Positions 39,000-49,856 of a DNA stretch of 64,000 nucleotides are shown here, piece by piece; position 1 is the first letter of the stretch; every line of letters begins with the position of its first letter. The notes under the pieces are model-generated. The model searched no databases and was not told where the DNA came from. It saw only the letters and a list, made by a program, of their open reading frames with translations. A program made the translations under genes and the position numbers. The stretch comes from Lama guanicoe (taxonomy: Eukaryota). The stretch spans positions 2,608,127 through 2,672,126 of the forward strand of contig MU053594.1 in NCBI GenBank assembly GCA_013239625.1. The letters are read 5' to 3'.

Positions 39000-39146
39000 C
39001 TTACATAATTTACTTACCTAATGTCTGTTTTCTCCAGTGGATGAAAACCTACCTGGATCCGGGGGCACACAGTAGTCTCATTCTTGGCTGGCTAATCATA
39101 CAGTGCCCAGGACATGGTTCAGACTTATAAATATTTGATGAATTAA
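39000..39146 (+). mobile_element. L2 3' tail
   Basis: TGTCTGTTTTCTCCAGTGGATG...ACAGTGCCCAGGACATGG...ATAAATATTTGATGAAT. Confidence 0.6.
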
Positions 39147-39324
39147 CGGAGGGACGTGCTTCTTAAATATCTCTAATCACTCTCCTCCTGCTGCACGTTG
39201 TTCATTAAAAGGTGTGTATTGCCATTTTCAGATCTTTGTGTATGGTCATTAGGGGCCAAGAGAAAGTGGGAACATGCCGATGGATTCTACACTAACTGGT
39301 GGAATAACTTTGCTTTATGTGTTT

Positions 39325-39800
39325 AATTTTTATTATGTAAATAGTGCATACATGTAGAAAAATTATAAAACATGAATAAGCAAAAAGAAGAAAATGAAAG
39401 TCACTTGTCAGCCTACAACAATTAATAATTTACAAAAATTATCAATTTACAAAAATGTATTCTCTACATATTGTTTTATAACCTGATTTCTTAACAATAT
39501 ATTGTGAACCTATTTCAACATCAAGAAATGTAATCCGTGGCAAATTTTTTTAATGGTGGTATTGAATGCCATTATACAGAATAATTTATTTAACCAATTC
39601 CTTTTCAGAGGATGTTTAGACTTTTTATTTATTTATTTTACTCTACTATGGACTTGTGTTGTGGGAAACTGCCTTATAATTAATCTGTGCACACTCATTG
39701 TTATTCTTTAGGATAAGTTCCTAGCAATGGAGTGAGTAGATCCAAAGACACGTTTGTTTCAAACTTTTAAAATATACATCACCAAACCGTCCTCAAAGAT
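39325..39800 (-). mobile_element. L1ME-type 3' UTR
   Basis: AAGCAAAAAGAAGAAAATGAAAGTCAC...ATTTATTTAACCAATTCC...CTTTAGGATAAGTTCCTAGCAATGG. Confidence 0.65.
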
Positions 39801-40364
39801 GTTAGAAATGTATATTCTGCACTCTCTCTCAGTTTTCACTTATTCTCAAATGTTCCACACATGTTCTGCATATTCTGGGATATAGTTCATGAACAAACTC
39901 AATATACTGATGTCTCTTTTCCCCACATCCTAACCTTTGTCCTCTCTGGAAAGAAGTCCCACCATCTCATTAACAAGCAATACAATTCTCATCTTTTAGT
40001 ACATCAGTTAAGAGAAATATTTAATATCCAAGTTGGAAAAATGAAATTCCTCCTCTTCATAGGGACTGGAAGAAAGCTTTCCGTCAGGGCCAGGGGTAGT
40101 TACCTTACATGATTGACAATTTTCCTTTTAGGTTCAGCATGGAGGGACGTTTCACAGGCTTTGCAGGTAAATATTTCCTTTCAAAATGTAGCTATACCTC
40201 TGCTTAATATATGACTTTGCACTTACTCTGTTAAATCACTTGCTTTTTAGTATGTTGATTAATTCCCATAGCAATACCTCATAAGTATATTTTATTATCT
40301 CACTTTGCTTATTAAGAAAATGAAATTTAGAGTGTTTCATTCATTTCTCTATAAATAGCTACTG

Positions 40365-41850
40365 AGGACCTGCCATTGCATTCACCAACATGGGAGTTAC
40401 TGGTGGTCTTAAAAAGAGTGCTTCTATTTACAACAGCCAAGACATGGAAGTAACCTAAATGCCCATGACAGATGACTGGATAAAGAAGTTGTGGTATATT
40501 TGTACAATGGAATACTACTCAGTCATAAAAAATAATAAAATAATGCCATTTGCAGCAACCTGGATGGACCTAGAGATTGTCATACTAAGTGAAGTAAGCC
40601 AGAAAGAGAAAGAAAAATACCATGTGATATCACTTATATGTGGAATCTGAAAACAAGGACACAAATGAACTTATTTACAAAACACAGACTCATAGACATA
40701 GAAAACAAACATGGTTACCAGTGGGGAGAAGGGATAGGGAGGGATAAATTGGGAGTTTGGGATTTGCAGATACTAACTACTATATATAAAATAAATAAAC
40801 AACAAGGCCCTACCGTTTAGCAAAGGGAACTATATTCAATCCCTTGTAAGAGCCTATTATGAAAAAGAATATGAAAAGGAATATATAGAGTTGTACAACT
40901 GAATCAGCATGCTGCACATCAGAAATTAACACAACTTTGCAAACCAACTATATTTCATTAAAAATTAATACACATACGAACAAGTGCTTCCACTGGAGCA
41001 AAACCCTGATTGAAGTGGTTCCAGAAACAACAGAAAAAAATTATTTGGAGACAGTGACTGTGATAGAGACCACTGTTTTAAGGCGTTTTGTGTAAAGGTT
41101 AAGAGAAATGGGGATTATAGCTATAGAGGCAAGTGGGAGGTCAAAAGGGTTTTAGTGGGATAACAGCATGCTGGGATTTGCTTAGCTGAGAATAGAGCGG
41201 TTTTATCCACAGGAACAGAAATGAGATATAGAAAGATGGGTGGAGGTGGAGGTGGGAGTTTGGGACGGGTTTTTTCTTCTGATTCCTTCATTCTTCTCAG
41301 GGAAGTAGGAATCAGTAACAGAGAAAAGATGGTGGAGGAGGTCTGAGAGAGTAGGAAAAGCATGAGATGGTTAGGAAAGTAGACCGTGAACGGACCGGGA
41401 AGTATGGGATGGCTGTCGGGCAACACGAAGGGTTCAGGTGAAGAGGGTAATCATACATTTAATGAGGTTAATCAGTAAGATTAAGTGTTTTTCTCCAACC
41501 ATATCCAACTGGATAGATGCAGGGGAGGAGTATAAAAAGAGATGGATAAAACTACTTTTGTGGTTTAGCCAAACAAGCATGCCAAAGTGAGAAGAAGGGG
41601 GCATGGGACAAGGAAATGAGGGACATACGCAAGGGAATGATTACTAAACACCCATGGAATTTTAAGATAGATAATGAGTGACAAGAGGCCATGAAAGGGG
41701 TGATGGACTGTGAAACACTTGTAGATCAGTGGACTGCTGGTCCTCATGGGGGTCAAAGTGTGGATGGAGTTGAAGTATTGATGGAGGCAGGGTATTGGAA
41801 AGTTAGAAGACTGTGGTCAGAGTGGAAGCCTCAAAACTGGAAACTGGAAG
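40365..41850 (-). mobile_element. L2 segment interrupted by a young L1
   Basis: GAGGACCTGCCATTGCATTCACCAACATGGGAGTTACTGGTGGTCTT continues after the L1 as CACTGGAGCAAAACCCTGATTGAAGTGG and purine-rich reverse L2 sequence. Confidence 0.6.
40425..40980 (+). mobile_element. Young 5'-truncated L1 (ORF2 end plus 3' UTR) with TSD
   Basis: ORF 40459-40650 DWIKKLWYICTMEYYSVIKNNKIMPFAATWMDLEIVILSEVSQKEKEKYHVISLICGI is the ORF2p C-terminus. TSD AGTGCTTC at 40417-40424 and 40983-40990, with TT/AAAA upstream. Confidence 0.95.
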
Positions 41851-42600
41851 TCAGTTATGTTCTCATGGTCACACCATCTTATGTTGCAAATCTGAGATTC
41901 AAACCAAGTCTCTCTTCTCCCAGAGCCCACCCAGCATCTAAGCAGGACACCAAGGGCAGAGGGAGAGATGCATCAGCTCCGAGAGACACCCTTGGCCTTT
42001 GTGGTATCATTCAGGCAAATGAGAACCCATCGCTTTCTATGGGCAACTATTTTTAGCCCCACACGGGACTGCCAGGCAACATTTCTCTTCCCTCTCTCCT
42101 CCCCTTCCACTTCCTACAGAAATAGCAACTGCTTGAGACGGGCTTTCGCTGGTTCCACAGAGAACATATGTTTGCTGCTGACAGGAAACAGACAAGGCCA
42201 GCTAATGTGAAAATGTGGGCTCCCTTAGGAGTTGGGGGTTTAAATATCCATTTCTGGTGTTTGTGCCTGCGTGGCTTTCTCCATGAAACTGATCCTTATC
42301 TTTCCAGCCCCATGTCTCCCTTGGGGGTGCTTGGCAAGGGCACCCACCCTCTTCAGATATTAACCATCCTTTAAGAGCAAAACCGCGGCAGGTCTCGTGT
42401 GGTGTCAGATGTGGGGCAGAGTAAATACAAAACAGACACGGAGGCATACTGAAATCCAGAGGCAGACTGACAGCAGCCCAGGGATGCTGAGACCACGGCC
42501 CAGTTTCCCCTATGAATGCCGACATGTGAAAGTTAACTCTAAATTTCCTGATTGTTGTCCAATCACAGCAGGGATTCATGTATTCTCTCTCAACAAACAG

Positions 42601-42627
<27 letters not shown>
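42601..42627. repeat. (AC)13 microsatellite
   Basis: Direct reading. Confidence 0.95.
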
Positions 42628-42631
<4 letters not shown>

Positions 42632-43087
42632 CACACACACTCACCAGGAAGCCTGGGGAGTGTTTAGGTTTTTTACAAGCAGTGTGCTGGGGGCCGGTCT
42701 GAATTTTAAAAGTTGTGAAAGAAGTGTAATCTTTAGTCCTCAGAGATAACAATAATTATTTAGATAAGAACCATCAAAGCAGCACTAGGGTTTGCTTCTA
42801 TTGTGAATGTGGGATATTTTGGAGCTGGCTTTTCAAATGACCCCATACCTTGGAATATGCTCCTTCGTTCCCCTGGGCCCCTGGGGCACCCCAGAGGAAG
42901 GCCAGGTCTGGCCCGCAGTCTTTCCCAGGTCTCCTCAGTGAGAGATGTTGCTTCCCCCTCCAGGACAGAGAGACACTTGGCTTCCGTCCAAGAGGAATTC
43001 TATGCCTCACTTACTTCAGAGAAAAACATGACTCCACCAGAGATACGGGATTTATCTAGAAATGGAGTAGCAGAAGGAATAATGCTG

Positions 43088-43143
43088 GTGTATGCGTGTG
43101 TGCGCACGCATGTGTGTGCGTGTGTGCGCGCACGCGTGTGCGC
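43088..43143. repeat. 56-bp perfect alternating purine-pyrimidine tract (TG/CG/CA)
   Basis: GTGTATGCGTGTGTGCGCACGCATGTGTGTGCGTGTGTGCGCGCACGCGTGTGCGC, with 9 CpG. Confidence 0.95.
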
Positions 43144-43444
43144 TCCCACTGCTGCAAGTGTGCGGAGAGCAGGGAGCCAGGGTTAGTGAGAGTGAGGTGT
43201 GATGGACGGTGATAATGCAAACAGAACACAGGGGAGTGGGGTTGAGGGGGAATTCTAGATGAATCTAATCCAGTCTTGTCATTGGTAAGGGGGAACTTCG
43301 AGTTTATAGATGTGAAGTGATTTGCCCAGTTTAAAAGACCTTCAGCTCCCTGGTGACGTTTTATCTGTAGAAGCAATCCAGCCAAGGTAAGTCAAGGAGA
43401 AGATTGGCCCCAAGGGAAATGATAGTTTATGGTAGGAATCTGAC

Positions 43445-43660
43445 AATCATAAACATTTATTGAAGAACTTACAGCCCTGAAACTGTTTAGGGGCTTTATA
43501 TACATATTTGTATCATTTAACCCTCTCAGTAACCACGTAGGGAAGGAATGAGAAAACTGAGGCTCTAAAATGGCCGTCATGTGACTCAGCACATCCTGCT
43601 AGAGGATGGAACCTGAGATTGGAACCCAGGTCTGTCTGGTCCCAGAGCCAAACCCCTACT
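43445..43660 (-). mobile_element. MIR SINE
   Basis: AACATTTATTGAAG...ATCATTTAACCCTCTCAGTAACC...GAAAACTGAGGCTC...GAACCCAGGTCTGTCTGGTCCCAGAGCC. Confidence 0.8.
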
Positions 43661-43907
43661 TTCCATCTCCCTTGTTCGTGGTCTTTCTGGTCTTTCCTTT
43701 TTTTTTTTTTTTTTAAGAATTATTCTAGGTCGTAACCTCTTTTCCTCTCCACACTAGCCTGAGTCTCCTACTGCAATGATACATCCAGACCCAGCTTCAG
43801 ATGGCACCTGATACACCAGAAGCTTCCCATCTTACAGTCTCTTCTCTACTCCAAAATTATGCATCTGTGTCCTCTGTCTCTCTCAGACATACACACAGAC
43901 ACGGCTC

Positions 43908-44170
43908 TTTGAGTTAGAAGGAAACTTCAAAGACCCTGATCCAAAGCCTCAGTTATAAAAGATTCTCTCTACAACGTCTTGAGGAGTTCCACCTCTGTCT
44001 GAAAACCTGAATGACAGAAGGACTCTGAGGTGGCCGGTACCATATTTAAGTAGATCTGATGGCTAAAAAGTGATTCTTTGCAGGGGGTCCTCCTATGACA
44101 GCTGCTCATTAGTTTTGATCCTTTTTTCTAGTGTTGGGTTTCATATCCCTTCTACGTGACATTCCTCCCA
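43908..44170 (-). mobile_element. L3/CR1 fragment
   Basis: GAGTTAGAAGGAAACTTCAAAGA...CACCTCTGTCTGAAAACCTGAATGACAGAAGG resembles the reverse L3 3' region. Confidence 0.5.
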
Positions 44171-47101
44171 GTGCTACTTATCGTTATACCTCTGTGCCCA
44201 CCCTACAGCTGGCACATGATAGTGTCTTACAAAATGCTTCTTGGATGAACCTCTAAGGAGTGGCTTCAAGGGGTATATTTGGGGATCTTCAACTCCTCCA
44301 TAAGCTCCATCAATTCTCCTTTCCAAGTCACTCCAAGTAGGTTTTTTAACATGTGAGCTTGCTACGGAAATACAGCTTCAAAGCAAATTCCCTGAATTAA
44401 CACCACCTCCATCTAGATTGTCATCCCAAACACTCCCATATGCTAGAGCTGGCCCCATCCCTTTTCGGGGTGTTCCTTCCTCCCTGTCTGAGGTAATCCA
44501 TTCCAATGCACTGAAGTGCTGCCCCTGGCACTTTACAGCCCTATGACATCTTGAGCCAATTTCTTAACATCACCAGAGCCTCATTTTCCTCATCTGTAAA
44601 AGGAAATAAGAATATCAACATTCTATGGTAATTTTGATGATTTGTTGTCATGTGCATGTGTAACATTCAATAAATGAGCAGTCTTATGAAGTATGCATGC
44701 TATAAAATATAGTTTCAGTGGTAATTCTGCATTGCTATGCAAGGAACATGTTGTCATTGTAATAGGGACCTATGCAGCTCAGTGATCTCCTTGGGTAATG
44801 ACTTTAACTGGGAACACTAGAATCATAATGGTAGTCAGTGGAAATGATGGCTTTGGTCGTGGTTCTTAGGGATAGCCCTTCTTTGATCTACACTGGGACT
44901 GACCACCCCTGGTGGGGATGGGAGAAGAACTTTCTATGAACCTCAGAGTCACAACCAGCATGGTGTGCATAATGGGGAGCCTTCCCTTCACAGAGGCTAC
45001 CAGCTTTATACCTTCCTGGGCAATGAGTGACACTCCCATTGGGAAGGCTTTCCCAATATATCCCGAGCAGCTTTATCAAAAGGAGACCCCTCCACATTGG
45101 GCTATACAGAAAGAAAAGCTTACCCAAGAAGCACCCTTTTCTTATATGTGTACAGCACCCTTATTCTAGAGGTTCTTAGAGCAAGCCAGCATTCCCTGAA
45201 TCACGCAGCAGGTTGGAGGGAGAATTGTAGTTTGAAAAGGTTGTCTTGGAGATTCTGAAATGTTCTCTCACCACCCCCACTCACATAGTGGCAGTCTTGT
45301 CTTCTGCATCCACTTGAGAATCACTGCTTTAGCTGTTCTGTGTGGTCCCTTTCTAAATGTACACAATCTTCTTAAGTCATTATCCAAAATAATAATCAAC
45401 AATGTCACCAGTGTAGATTGACTTTTTAGGGTTCCTTCTGAGTAACTGATCTAAATCTTATTATTATGTCTATAAATAATTTTCTGTACTTTCTAGTTTA
45501 AATCCACTAAAATCACATTGGGAAGGATTCCCCAAAGAGAAAATCAATTTGGCAAAAACCTTCAAAGCACAGAGTTAATACTCAACATTATGGTTACTCA
45601 GGGTTTGAAGCAGAATGAGGTCTAACCTCACTGGTCACTGTTAAGACTGCTCTTGACTCAGAAATACATGCTGGACTTAACAAAATACCTTCTTAGACAC
45701 AGAATATTCAAGGAATTAGCTCTTCCCCATCCCACTTTACCCATTTAGACATCTCATCATCTCTAGAATGTCCTTTTATCAGCCCCCAACCCCACTTCTA
45801 ATTCATGAACTGAGACCAATAGGGAGGGAAAGAAGGATGGAGAGTAGAAAAGGAGGGAGGGAGCGAGGGAGGAAGAAAGGAATAAAAAGATGGAGAGAAT
45901 ATAGAGTTGTCAAGCACTTCGCATCTGTTAATCAACAAAGAATGAGTCATAGGACTCAGCAAGCATCTTCTGTGCGAAGGCGGATTCTGCTCGAGTGCTG
46001 ACAGTGTTGTCCCTGCCCTTTAGGAGATTATGGTCAGTTTCCACAGGGTCACTGAGAGCCACCAGCTGTGTCATTCCAGCAGGATTAGGTCAACTAGTGA
46101 TTGAAACTCATGTAAATAATTACATAATTTATAATTTTGTGCTGTTCTAGTTCAAAGGCACTGTAAACACACCATGGTGCTTGAACACTGGGAGGATTCT
46201 CACCAAAAGAAACATCAATATGACTAAAGCATTCACATGCACAGGACTCGTGTTTGAGTCACATCTGATTCTCATATGACTCACCATTGTTAGCAGTCAA
46301 ACCATGAACGTGGTTTATTCACATCTGGATTCTGACCATGGGCTAACTATGGAAAGTGCTTACGTGTCCTGATTTGGAATAAAAAATATAAACAAGAGTA
46401 AGGCGGCAAGCCCACGAAGACTTGAAAAGACACTCTATCCTTAGAACTCTCTTGCTTTGGGTCATTTGATTGAGCCAACTTTTTGACCTAACAGAAAGTA
46501 AAGGCCAATTTGGGGAACATCTGGAGTACATTCAAAAGATGATCGGTTCTCAAGAGGAAGAGAAACTTTGTGTTGCTGGTCAGCAAATACCAAGTGTCCC
46601 ATCTGTCTCGTGAGACAAAATCATCACTGTATCCATCACTTCTAGTTAGCCTCAGAAGCATGGCGTGGCTGCTGCTGCAGCCACCCCGCATGTATCCTCT
46701 TGGGCCTTACATTTCAGTACCTGTAGCACTAATTTCCAATTTTTGGCATCTGTCTCTCTCTATTTGCCTGAGGGTTTTCTCTGACCTCAAAACATGATCT
46801 GCCCATATTAATGGAAAATTGGGAAGCTCTGAGGATTCACTGCTTCTGGAGGCAACCATCAACCAATAACTGATGGGAACAGCTGCTCTCGGTTGGGGTA
46901 GGTAACTCCAACACTCATACTTCACACCATCTTCCAGACACACAAAGGATTAAGCTTTTTACCACATCAGTTACTTCATGTATAATGCATTCTTTATTGG
47001 TTGCCTTTTCTTCAACTCACTTTCCCACTATACTGCCACTGTTTCCTGGGACCACCTCCCAAATAAATTACTCACACTTAAGTCCTTACCTCAAGGTTTA
47101 C

Positions 47102-47239
47102 TTTTTTTTTTTTTAAGTATAATTGATTCACAATGTTGTGTTATTAGTTTCTGGTGTACAGCATATTGATTCACATATATATATATATTCTTTACCAAAA
47201 TAGGTTGCTTCAAAATATTGAATATAGTTCCATGTGCTA
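47102..47239 (-). mobile_element. L1 3' end with T13 tail
   Basis: T13-AAGTATAATTGATTCACAATGTTGTGTTATTAGTTTCTGGTGTACAGCAT...GAATATAGTTCCATGTGCTA. Confidence 0.9.
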
Positions 47240-48178
47240 ATCAGTACACAAAATCTATGGGATGCAGGAAAAGCAGTCCTCGGAGGGAAGATCATAGCAA
47301 TACAGATCTTCCTCAAAAAATAAGAAACATCTCAAATAAACAACCTAACCTACCACTTATAAGAATTTGAAAAAGAACAAACAAAACCTAAAGTCAGCCA
47401 AAGGAAAGAAATGATAAAGATCAGGGAGGAAATAAACAAAACAGAGACTGAAAAAATAGAAAAAAATCAATCAAAACAAGAGCTGGTTTTCTGAAAGAGT
47501 AAACAAAATTGCAAAATGTCTGGCCAGGCTCACCAGGAAGAAAAGAGAGGGAACCCAATAAAATAAGAATTTAAAGACAAGAAGTAACAACTAATACCAC
47601 AGAAATACAAAAACCATAAGAGAATACTGTGAACAATTATACGCCAATAAATTGGACAACCTAGAAGAAATGGACAAGTTTCTAGAAACATACAGTCCAT
47701 AAAACTGAATCAAGAAGAAATAGATCATTTGAACAGACCAATCACTAGAAGTGAAATAGAATCTGTAATTTAAAAATTCCCTGCAAACAAAAGTCCAGGA
47801 CCAGATGTTTTCATTAGGGAATTCTACCAAACAAACAAAGAAGAACTTATATGGATCCTTCTCAAACTCTTCCAAAAGACTGAAGAGGAAGGAACATTTC
47901 CAAACTCATTCTGTGAAGTCACCATCGCCCTGATACCAAAACCAGACAAAGACACTACCAAAAAAGAAAATTATAGGCCAATATCCTTGATGAATATAAA
48001 TGCAAAAGTTGTCAATAAAATATTAGCAAACTGAATCCAACAACACATAAAATAGATCATACACTATGATCAAGTTGGACTCATCCCAGAGGCACAAAAA
48101 TGGTTCAAGATGTAAATCAATCAGTGCAACACATCATATCAAGAAAAGAAAAGACAAAGACCACATGATCATCTCAAG
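47240..48178 (+). mobile_element. L1 ORF2 internal segment (linker to RT start), inverted relative to its 3' end
   Basis: AAATCTATGGGATGCAGGAAAAGCAGT...CTAGAAGAAATGGACAAGTTTCTAGAAACATAC...GATACCAAAACCAGACAAAGACACTACCAAAAAAGAAAATTATAGGCCAATATC, canonical ORF2. Confidence 0.95.
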
Positions 48179-48291
48179 AGCTGCTTCTGAAGGACCCCAG
48201 ACACAGGTCCTCTTTTCTCATCACGGTTTTTCTCACCTTGGTTGAACCAGAAGCTTAAATAATTGAAGTTCTCTTTATCCTTGATTATAAA

Positions 48292-48633
48292 CTAGTTCTG
48301 AAAATCCAGACACCCACAGAGATAAGGCAAGTTACATAAACAGGAGAAATGTGCTGGGTAGAGATTATGCTAACCAGATGGTACATACCCCATCTCCAAA
48401 GGCCAGCTGCTATTAAGCCCCAGCCAATTGTTGGCATGTGGAAAAGTAGGCCCAATGTGGTCACATCAAGTTTTTCATGAGATTCCAGAAACCCAATTTT
48501 TTTTTTGAGTGCAGAATCTCTTAATATGTAAATGTTGGCCACAAATTCAGATGCTTTCATAACATTGAACTAGCCAAATAAAACACATCTGTGAGCCACA
48601 TTTGGCTCAGGGGCCACGAGTTTTCAATCACTA
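48292..48633 (-). mobile_element. MER102-like hAT-Charlie MITE
   Basis: CAGCCAATTGTTGGCATGTGGAA...TAAATGTTGGCCACAAATTC...GCCAAATAAAACACATCTGTGAGCCACATTTGGC. Confidence 0.75.
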
Positions 48634-49519
48634 TTATAGAAACACAGCCTTTAGCAGGAGATTCATAGCTAACATTTAACATAACAAGAGCTGCTGCTCT
48701 TAAAATGGATTTTCACAGCCATTGTCACATTTCTTCTAACAGGTCTTATTCTCACCCCATCCCTACGTAGTTGTATCCAGCATTGCACAGATATGCCCAA
48801 GTAACAAGAGACCCAAGTGGAAGGAGAAAGCTAATCGTGGACTTGGCATCTGATCGTGATCTGGCTTAATCCGACATTCTCAGAGCCAGCTGGAAAGGAA
48901 ACCACCACCCAAATCCATCACGACGTGTGCTATCACAGTGAGCTCAAACTGGGTGGAAATGTTGTGAGTTTAATAAAATAGAACTGCTGAGATGTACATA
49001 TATATCTGGATTTAGCAGACAGCTCTTTCAAGGGCATTGCGATGTCAAATATGTTTGGCATATTCAATTCTCTTAGCACCCACGTTTGCACTGTTCTTAA
49101 GACAGGGGGTGATTGAAAGCATATGTGCTAACAGGAATAATGCATAATGTGTGAAATTAAGGAAAACGTAGAGGTTTGACTCTGACTTTCATGGCCCTAA
49201 GCTAAGCTAACCCTTTCTAGCTGTGTGGAGGAAAAGGAGCAGAGGGTTACCTCATCTTCCTTCTTCTGATTTAATTTCAGGAGACAACTTGAGGCTTTCA
49301 GCTTTTAATTCTTTCAATTTTTCGACATTTAGGAACCAAAGTGCACAAATAATAAGAGTCAGGACCTTGGGATCCCATCTCCTCCAGTAAGAAAAATCAG
49401 TATCCAGTGGTGCTTTTAGTTCCGTGTGAGAGCCAGTCACGCGCTGAGAAAATGGAAAACAATGAAATGCTACTGGTTTAAAAGAAAATACCTTTATTTT
49501 GAAGGAAAACGACTGTTAT

Positions 49520-49853
49520 TAAAGTAACTGAGCAGCACTCATCAAAGGTGTCAGTCAGGAGTAGAAGAGGCAGAGGGACTGTCACAGATTGGAGAACACC
49601 AAAGAGACGGGAAAACCAATGCAGTGTGAGATCCTGGCTTAGACCTTGGAACTAGAAATGGATCTTAATGCAGAAAACTCAGGAAATCGTAATAAAGTCC
49701 AGTTAAGTTATCAGCATTGTATTGACACCAAGTACTTAGTTTTGATAATGTGCAATGACTCCATGAGATGCTAATGTAAGGAGCCGAGTGGAGGATACAT
49801 GGGAGCTCTGTGTACTATTTTTGTGCCTCTTCTGTCCTCTAAAACTATCTCAA
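49520..49853 (+). mobile_element. L1MC-type 3' UTR (host of the following L1)
   Basis: GGACTGTCACAGATTGGAG...AATGCAGTGTGAGATCCTGG...GGATACATGGGAGCTCTGTGTACTATTTTTG; the tail resumes after 53185. Confidence 0.75.
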
Positions 49854-49856
49854 GAT

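Larger units (their letters stand above)
46664..48204 (+). mobile_element. LTR16-type ERVL solo LTR interrupted by L1
   Basis: GGCCTTACATTTCAGT...TTTGCCTGAGGGTTTTCTCTGACC...CCTGGGACCACCTCCCAAATAAATTACTCACACTTAAGTCCTTACCTCAAGG; the last bases CTGCTTCTGAAGGACCCCAGACACA resume at 48181. Confidence 0.8.

Noticed and set aside
42202..42749. ORFs with CV/TH dipeptide runs
   Set aside because: Translations of the (AC)n microsatellite.
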